Origin: the human T2T-CHM13v2.0 reference genome, Homo sapiens
Reading direction: 5' to 3'
Assembly: GCA_009914755.4 (NCBI GenBank)
Contig: CP086569.2
Location: 12,832,001-12,896,000, forward strand
DNA length: 64,000 bases
The translations under genes were made by a program, and so were the position numbers. Positions 55,851-64,000 of this stretch are shown one piece after another (position 1 is the first letter of the stretch; every line of letters starts with the position of its first letter). The notes under the pieces are model-generated. The model made no database searches. It had not been told where the DNA came from and was given only the letters and a program-made list of their open reading frames with translations.

Positions 55851-56269
55851 GTGTGATTTTTATGCAATGACATTTTGTATCTCTAAACTTGGATCTACAA
55901 CGAATGCTTAACTTCCTCTTAACAAATACTTAACTTCCTCCTCTCTTGTCCCATTCAAAAAAAAAAAAAAAGGAAAAAAATAAATCAAGAAACTGTTGTT
56001 TTAATGATTATATGTTTAACTATAATGTTAGGGCAAACAATTCAGCTTGCTTCTATTTCCATTGTAGATTTCAACAATATACATAGATGTGTTAGGCTTT
56101 ATTTTAATATGGCATTATTGGTACAATCAAAGTGTACACATTGTTTTAAAAGCATCATTACCACACCAACATAGTGCACTTGAAATGATACAAATGTACT
56201 TGGGCTATGAAGAAAGCCACCTTCTAATCAAGTACCATCAGTTCCCAGATATACAGGTTTATGGCAGTG

Positions 56270-56514
56270 CTTTTCAACCAAGGGTGATTTTGCCCCAGGA
56301 CAACCCTTGGCAACATCCGAAGACACCTTTGATTATCACAAATGGGGCGGTGGGTGCTTCTGGTATCTGGTGGGTGGAGCCCAGGGACAGTGCTCAACAC
56401 CTTGCAGTGCACAGGATGGCCCATCACAGATAGTCATCCATCCTACCTTCAATGTCCATAGTGCCGAGGTCAAGTTACTCTGTCTTAGCAGGAAAGATTC
56501 TATCTATCTATCTG

Positions 56515-56550
<36 letters not shown>

Positions 56551-56590
56551 ATCTATAATCTATCCATCCTTCTACCTATTTCATCTATCT

Positions 56591-56632
<42 letters not shown>

Positions 56633-57017
56633 ATCTCTCTGTCTATCCATCCATTATCTATGGCAGTCGTTTGCAACCAGGCATCAGGTGTTCCTTAGTC
56701 CCTAGGGGACACTTGGTGATGTATGGAGACATTTTTGGTCATCATGACTCTGGGGTGGAGGGTGTGCTTCTGGTATCTGGTTGCTGCAGCCCTGGGATCC
56801 TGCTCAACATCCTACAGTGCACAAGACACCCCACCACAGATTAGCATTCATCTTGCCTTAAATGTTAATACTGCTGAGGTCAAGTAACCCTGTCTTAGCA
56901 TGTAAGATTTTGTCTGTCCATTTAGCTATCTATTTATCCATTCATTCATTCCTGTATACCTAACCTATCATCCATCCTTATCTCTTGTGTATCTATTCAT
57001 TCAATCATACACCCATA

Positions 57018-57072
<55 letters not shown>

Positions 57073-57800
57073 GCCTATCTGCCTGCCTACCTATCCCTCT
57101 ATGGCAATTGCTTGCAACCAGGGAGATTTTATTCCCAGGAGATATTTGGCTATGTCTGACAACAATTTTTTTGGTTGTCACAAATGGGATGAATGTTACT
57201 GGCATCTGGTGGGTGGAGCCCAGAGATGCTGCTCAACACCCTACAGTGCACAAGACAGACCCACCACAAAGAATCCTCCATACAGCCTTAAATGTCCCTA
57301 GTACTGAAGCCAAGAAACCCTATCTTAGTATGAAAATGTTGGTCTATCTGTCTATATACCTGCTTATCTATCCATCCATTTCTATCTACCTAACCTATCC
57401 ATCCATCCATTCTAATGTCTTATGTATCCATCTATTCATCCATCCACCCATCTCTCCATCCATTTATCCATCCATCCATCGATATGTATGTATGTATGTA
57501 TGTATGTATCTTTCTATCTATCTATCTATCTAGTCTGTCTACTGATCTAGCTAGCTAGCTAGCTATGGTAGTTGTTTGCAACCAAGGAGATTTTACTCCC
57601 AGGAGACATTTGGCTGTGTCTGGAAACATTTTTTGGTTGTCACAGATGGGATGGATACTGCTGGCATCTGGTGGATGGAGTCCAGGGACATTGCTCAACA
57701 CCCTACAGTTCATAGGTTGGCCCCATCACAGAGAATCATCTAGGCTCAAATGTCACTAGTGCCAAGGTTGAGAAACCCTGAGCTAGATTCAAAAAAGGGC
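56270..57800. repeat. Tandem array of four ~380-470-bp units, each a MER5-like hAT MITE copy followed by a (TCTA)n STR
   Basis: MITE copies begin ~56272, ~56656, ~57097 and ~57566 (..(g)gcagt(c/t)gtttgcaaccagg.agatttt..gacatttttggt(c/t)(a/g)tca..ctggtatctggtgggtggagcccagggac..tgctcaacaccctacagtgcacaag(a/g)..). Each is followed by tctatctatctatc blocks (56500-56650, 57030-57095, 57330-57550). Confidence 0.75.
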
Positions 57801-58434
57801 TAATATCTCTTTAATAAGTGTGTCAAAAAATAGAGGACACTGACAGTAGAGTAAAGGTAAAATGGAGTCCAACTCAGTTCACGCTGCTATGGTGGAGAAT
57901 CCCTGGATTGTGCTGTCTTCGGCATTCAGCAGCTCAAGCAGGAAAGCCTCTCACCATGGTGAGAGCAAAATCAGTGTCCAAGGGTTTCTTCTGCACATTT
58001 GTATCTGCCCTTCTAGGACTCTTTGCAGTTCAGGAAAAGGGCTGAGATGCCTTTCCCCTGCCTGTATTTTATACTTTAGATGGCTGGGTGGTGCTCTGAA
58101 GAGCTTGCACAATCAGTCCAGAAGAATCATGTACCAAATATACCCAGGAATGCCTTCCAGCTTAGCAGATGTGCTGCCACTAAGAAAACTGTTTTCCATT
58201 GAATTTGGCATGGTGGAGGCAATTTTGAATGGATAACAGTACAAGAATGCAGTTCCACTAGGATTTTTGAGTCATTCTATTAATATCTCCATATAAATCC
58301 TAAATAAATTATAAACTGTTATTTATGTTACTTTATTCTTTGTAAATTCTGACTATATTCTTAGTAAAGTGTAATTGAACAAATCATGTGCATTTTGTCA
58401 GAGCAGGCTCTTCCCTGCCTACATGTTGGGATTA

Positions 58435-58758
<324 letters not shown>

Positions 58759-59149
58759 TCAGAGCTTTGTTTCTTGAAGTCAAATCCCTCACAATGCATA
58801 GACATCTGTGGCTTTCAGATTTGCTCAGTTGATTTATTCTGATGAAAACTGGATTAGGGGTCACTGTTACGGAAGCCATAGAACGTTTACATACACATGC
58901 TACCATAATCATTTTTGGATTCAAACTCCAAGACACATTAAAATGTGCTTGCCTGCCCCACAGCTATTAAATTCCTTACTGAGTTACATTGACTTCATTC
59001 TCACTCATAACCCACAAAACAGTATATTTTGTCATTGTTAATTGTTGCTTTTATTACAATGATTAGGTTGAATGTAAGCACAAGCAGGCTCATTTTTGTT
59101 AAGATCTATGACATTGTCTTAGACATGTCATTAGAAAAATGGAATGTTG

Positions 59150-59500
59150 CCACATGTGGTGGCACATGCCTGTATTCCCAGCACTTTGGGAGATGAGCAG
59201 AAGGATCACTTAAGTCCAGGAGTTCAAAACCAGCCCAGACAACATAGCAAAATCCTGTCTCTACAAAAAAACAAAAACAAAAAAGCAAAAAACAAACAAA
59301 CAAACAAACAAACAAACAAAAAAACACCTCCAGCCAGGCATAGGCATATTGGTATATGGTTATAGTCCAAACTACTCAGGAGGCTGAGATAATAGGGTCC
59401 CTTGAGTCCAGGAGATCAAGACTACAGTTAGCTATGATTGCACCACTGCACTCCACCCTGGATGACAAAGCAAGATCCCAATTCTTCAGAAAAAAAAGAA
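59150..59500 (+). mobile_element. Alu SINE with (CAAA)n-expanded linker
   Basis: gccacatgtggtggcacatgcctgtattcccagcactttgggag..(caaa)n..ccactgcactccaccctggatgacaaagcaagatccc. Confidence 0.85.
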
Positions 59501-60417
59501 AGTGTGGCATTTAGGAAATATTAAGGCTCCCATTACAATGTATGTGTCATGGAGGATTCAACAGGGACAATTTTAAAAGTGAGAACTTTCTCAATCTTTT
59601 CACTGGATTATCCAACATGCTAGTTCTGAATAACTAAAGGATACTTCAGTATTTATGAAACTGTTACATATATAATGAAGATTTTCCTATCATCCTTTCT
59701 AGGTTGCCTCTATTAAACTGTTTGTAATTATTAACTCAGCAGTGCTTAGACTTCATGGGGAAGAATGGTACACCAGCCTTGGGGTCTTAGCTAGTGAGTG
59801 TTATTCAGCTTTAATTACAAATTCTAGAAAACCCGTTACACCAATATTGCCAACTTCTGAAGAGCCCAATTTTAGCCTTGGAACTCTGGGCATAACCATA
59901 ATTACATGACCTTAGAGTTGCTTTTTCTGACTCTTGCCCAAAACTGGGATACAACAGCTTAAAAAAAAAATTGCCAAAAGTAGAAACAGTGTCTAAAGCA
60001 TTTTCTCCAGGAAGAAATTAACATCTTTATTAGGCTGACTCAGATTCATCACCATCTCCATGACTGCAGCATTTTATCTGATTTTGTTTTTACATTGACC
60101 TCTGCAATGACTACCATGCAAATACTTGATCCAGACACACTTGCAGGAATAGGACTGACATCTTTGACTACATTTCATGTCCTTGAACCCATGGTCAGGC
60201 CAACCTAACATCAGATTTAACAGGGAGTTGTTATTTGCAGTCAATCACTTTCCACAATCTTCTCCAGGCTGTAAAAACCATTGGGCATTTTGCAATAGCA
60301 GCCACGTGGGCTGATGCATCACAGAAATACCTATTTTTTGTGTTATTCCAGTGACATAACGCCATGGTAGAGTATTTGGGAAACTGACATCTTAATTGTT
60401 TTTCTTTTTTTCTGTAG

Positions 60418-62323
60418 TTTTGATAGTAGAATCAAGGTGTTTGCCAACAGGACCCTGGTGGTGAAATCAATGACAGACAAAGACGCCGGAGATTACCTGT
60501 GTGTAGCTCGAAATAAGGTTGGTGATGACTGCGTGGTGCTCAAGGTGGATGTGATGATGAAACCGGCCAAGATTGAACACAAGGAGGAGAACGACCACAA
60601 AGTCTTCTACAGGGGTGACCTGAAAGTGGACTGTGTGGCCACTGGACTTCCCAATCCCGAGATCTCCTGGAGCCTCCTGGATGGGAGTCTGGTGAACTCC
60701 TTCATGCAGTCAGATGACAGTGGTGGACGCACCAAGCACTATGTGGTCTTCAACAATGGGACACTCTACTTCAGTGAAGTGGGGATGAGGGAGGAAGGAG
60801 ACTACACCTGCTTTGCTGAAAATCAGGTTGGGAAGGATGAGATGAGAGTCAGAGTCAAGATGGTGACACCTGCCACCATCTGGAACAAGACTTACTTGGC
60901 AGTTCAGGTACCCTATGGAGATGTGGTCACTGTAACCTGTGAGGCCAAAGGAGAACCCATGCCCAAGGTGACTTGGTTGTCCCCAGCCAACAGGGTGATC
61001 CCCACCTCCTCTGAGAAGTATCAGATATACCAATATGGCACTCTCCTTATTCAGAAAGCCCAGTGCTCTGACAGCGGCAACTACACCTGCCTGGTCAGGA
61101 ACAGTGCCGGAGAGGATAGGAAGACAGTGTGGATTCACGTCAACCTCCAGCCACCCAAGATCAATGGTAACCCCAACCCCATCACCACCGTGTGGGAGAT
61201 AGCAGCCGGGGGCAGTCGGAAACTGATTGACTGCAAAGCTGAAGGCATCCCCACCCCGAGGGTGTTATGGGCTTTTCCCGAGGGTGTGGTTCTGCCAGAT
61301 CCATACTATGGAAACCGGATCACTGTCCATGGCAACGGTTCCCTGGACATCAGGAGTTTGAGGAAGAGCGACTCCGTCCAGCTGGTATGCATGGCACGCA
61401 ACGAGGGAGGGGAGGCGAGGTTGATCGTGCAGCTCACTGTCCTGGAGCCCATGGAGAAACCCATCTTCCACGACCCGATCAGCGAGAAGATCACGGCCAT
61501 GGCGGGCCACACCATCAGCCTCAACTGCTCTGCCGCGGGGACCCTGACACCCAGCCTGGTGTGGGTCCTTCCCAATGGCACCGATCTGCAGAGTGGACAG
61601 CAGCTGCAGCGCTTCTACCACAAGGCTGACGGCATGCTACACATTAGCGGTCTCTCCTCGGTGGACGCCGGGGCCTACCGCTGCGTGGCCCGCAATGCCG
61701 CGGGCCACACGGAGAGGCTGGTCTCCCTGAAGGTGGGACTGAAGCCAGAAGCAAACAAGCAGTATCATAACCTGGTCAGCATCATCAATGGTGAGACCCT
61801 GAAGCTCCCCTGCACCCCTCCTGCAGCTGGGCAGGGACATTTCTCCTGGACACTCCCCAATGGCATGCATCTGGAGGGCCCCCAAACCCTGGGACGCGTT
61901 TCTCTTCTGGACAATGGCACCCTCACGGTTCGTGAGGCCTCGGTGTTTGACAGGGGTACCTATGTATGCAGGATGGAGACGGCGTACGGCCCTTCGGTCA
62001 CCAGCATCCCCGTGATTGTGATCGCCTATCCTCCCCGGATCACCAGCGAGCCTACCCCAGTCATCTACACCCGTCCCGGGAACACCGTGAAACTGAACTG
62101 CATGGCTATGGGGATTCCCAAAGGTGACATCACGTGGGAGTTACCGGATAAGTTGCATCTGAAGGCAGGGGTTCAGGCTCGTCTGTATGGAAACAGATTT
62201 CTTCACCCCCAGGGATCACTGACCATCCAGCAGGCCAGACGGAGAGACGCTGGCTTCTACAAGTGCACGGCAAAAAACATTCTCAGCAGTGACTCCAAAA
62301 CAACTTATATCCATGTCTTCTGA
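60418..62323 (+). pseudogene. MXRA5Y: MXRA5-like terminal coding exon: ~5 Ig-like I-set/C2 domains, open to the natural stop TGA at 62321-62323
   Basis: Acceptor tttttttctgtag|ttttgat, phase-compatible with the 54797 donor (AG+T=Ser; ALFSFDSRIKVFANRTLVV). The 628-aa ORF has repeated Ig signatures (GDYLCVARN, GDYTCFAEN, GNYTCLVRN, AGAYRCVARN, GTYVCRM, GFYKCTAKN; W about 12 residues after the first Cys) and ends ..KTTYIHVF*. Confidence 0.85.
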
Positions 62324-63100
62324 AATGTGGATTCCAGAATGATTGCTCAGGAACTGACAACAAAGCGGGGTTTGTAAGGGAAGCCAGGCTGGGGAATCAG
62401 AGCTCTTAAATAATGTGTCACAGTGCATGGTGGCCCCCGGTGGGATTCAAGTTGAGGTTGATCTTGATCTACAATTGTTGGGAAAAGGAAGCAATACAGA
62501 CATGAGTAAAAGGGCTCAGCCTCACTGAGAACTTTCTTTTGTGTTTACATCATGCCAGGGGCTTCATTCAGGGTGTCTGTGCTCTGACTGTAATTTTTAT
62601 TTTTTTGCAAATGTCATTCGACTGCCTGCGTAAGTGTCCATAGGATATCTGAGGAACATTCACCGAAAATAAGCCATAGACATGAACAACACCTCACTCC
62701 CCCATTGAAGATGCATCGTCTAGTTAACCTGCTGCAGTTTTTACATGATAGACTTTGTTCCAGATTGACAAGTCATCTTTCAGTTATTTCCTCTATCACT
62801 TCAAAACTCCAGCTTGCCCAATAAGGATTTAGAACTAGAGTGATTGTTATATATATAAATTATATATATATAAATTAAATTTATATATATATAATTTATA
62901 TATAATATATATATTTTAATTCAGAGTTACATACATACAGCTACCATTTTATATGAAAAAAACATTTCTTCCTGGAACCCACTTTTTATGTAATTTTTTT
63001 ATATAAATATTTTTCCTTTCAAATCAGATGATGAGACTAGAAGGAGAAATACTTTCTGTCTCATTAAAATTAATAAATGATTGGTCTTTACAAGACTTGG
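62324..63100 (+). other. MXRA5Y: Putative 3'UTR of the MXRA5-like transcript (extent inferred)
   Basis: Unique, non-repetitive sequence after the stop, running to the first canonical AATAAA (63074-63079). It contains a (TA)n block at 62850-62935. Confidence 0.4.
63074..63079 (+). terminator. Candidate polyadenylation signal AATAAA
   Basis: ttaaaattaataaatgattgg, ~750 nt after the stop codon; a later AATAAA at 63499 is an alternative. Confidence 0.35.
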
Positions 63101-63547
63101 ATACATTACAGCAGACATGGAAATAGAATTTTAAACAATTCCTCTCCAACCTCCTTCAAATTCAGTCGCTACTGTTATGTTACTTTCTCCAGCAACCCTG
63201 CACTGGGGAAGGCTGTGATATTAGATTTCCTTGTATGCAAAGTTTTTGTTGAAAGCTGTGCTCAGCGGAGGTGAGAGGAGAGGAGGAGAAAACTGCATCA
63301 TATCTTTCCAGAATTGAATCTAGAGTCTTCCCTGGAAAGCCCAGAAACTTCTCTGCAGTATCTGACTTGTCCATCTGGTCTAAGGTGGCTGCTTCTTCCG
63401 CAACCATGAGTTAGTCTGTGTCCATGAATAATACAAGATCTGTTATTTCCATGACTGCTTTACTGTAATTTTAGGGTCAATATACTGTACATTTGATAAT
63501 AAAATATATTCTCCCAAAAACCTGGCAGTGATGACAATGCTATTTTC

Positions 63548-64000
63548 TTTTTTTTTTTTTTAATTATACTTTAAGTTCTAGGGTACATGTGCACAATGTG
63601 CAGGTTAGTTACATATGTATACATGTGCCATGCTGGTGCGCTGCACCCACTAACTCGTCATCTAGCATTAGGTATATCTCCCAATGCTATCCCTCCCCCC
63701 TACCCCCACCCCAAAACAGTCCCCAGAGTGTGATATTCCCCTTCCTGTGTCCATGTGATCTCATTGTTCAATTCCCACCTATGAGTGAAAATATACGGTG
63801 TTTGGTTTCTCTTTCTTGCGATAGTTTACTGAGAATGATGATTTCCAATTTCATCCATATCCCTACAAAGGACATGAACTCATCATTTTTTATGGCTGCA
63901 TAGTATTCCATGGTGTATATGTGCCACATTTTCTTAATCCAGTCTATCATTGTTGGACATTTTGGTTGGTTCCAAGTCTTTGCTATTGTGAATAATGCCA
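63548..64000 (-). mobile_element. Young L1 (L1PA-like) 3' end, antisense; poly-A tail seen as T-run at 63548-63565; continues beyond the window
   Basis: ttttttttttttaattatactttaagttctagggtacatgtgcacaatgtgcaggttagttacatatgtatacatgtgccatgctggtgcgctgcaccc.., near-consensus antisense L1 3'UTR/ORF2 end. The minus-strand ORF 63768-63950 translates to L1 ORF2 C-terminus MIDWIKKMWHIYTMEYYAAIKNDEFMSF. Confidence 0.9.

Overview
This window is primate (human-like) nuclear genomic DNA, not a prokaryotic locus. It is AT-rich, Alu/L1-dense sequence with many microsatellites. The only gene-like content is on the + strand: a paralogue of MXRA5 (matrix-remodelling-associated 5, adlican; N-terminal LRR plus a long run of Ig-like I-set/C2 domains). 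Its structure is: CpG-island promoter (~28.3-30.5 kb), a putative 5'UTR exon (~29.06-29.21 kb), the start-codon exon (32075-32291), a ~5 kb giant exon (42980-47937), an Ig exon (53812-54797) and a terminal Ig exon plus 3'UTR (60418-~63100). The reading frame is disabled at four places: (i) a 1-bp frameshift at ~44340; (ii) a T|GA stop across the 47937/53812 exon junction, with a CAT|GTAAG donor; (iii) an in-frame TAG at 54297-54299 inside an otherwise intact Ig domain; (iv) a 21-bp tandem expansion with net +85 bp at 54546-54651 that shifts frame. No LRR-encoding exons are detectable between the start exon and the giant exon. I therefore call it an unprocessed MXRA5 pseudogene, most plausibly the Y-linked copy MXRA5Y; the Y assignment is inference. 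Introns and flanks carry ~25 Alu copies, a 5'-truncated L1PA with an AluY nested in ORF2 (target-site duplication intact), older L1M fragments, a THE1/MST MaLR LTR, an LTR7 (HERV-H) solo LTR, MADE1, four copies of a palindromic MER-type DNA transposon, kilobase-scale (GATA)n/(TCTA)n tracts, a 355-bp (TTC)n tract inside an Alu, a 1.8-kb AT-rich minisatellite with a near-perfect ~160-bp AT palindrome, and a 4-unit tandem array of a MER5-like MITE plus (TCTA)n. The six-frame ORF track treats GTG/TTG as starts and reports many ORFs that are translations of repeats or GC-rich noise. No CRISPR, rRNA or tRNA was seen.
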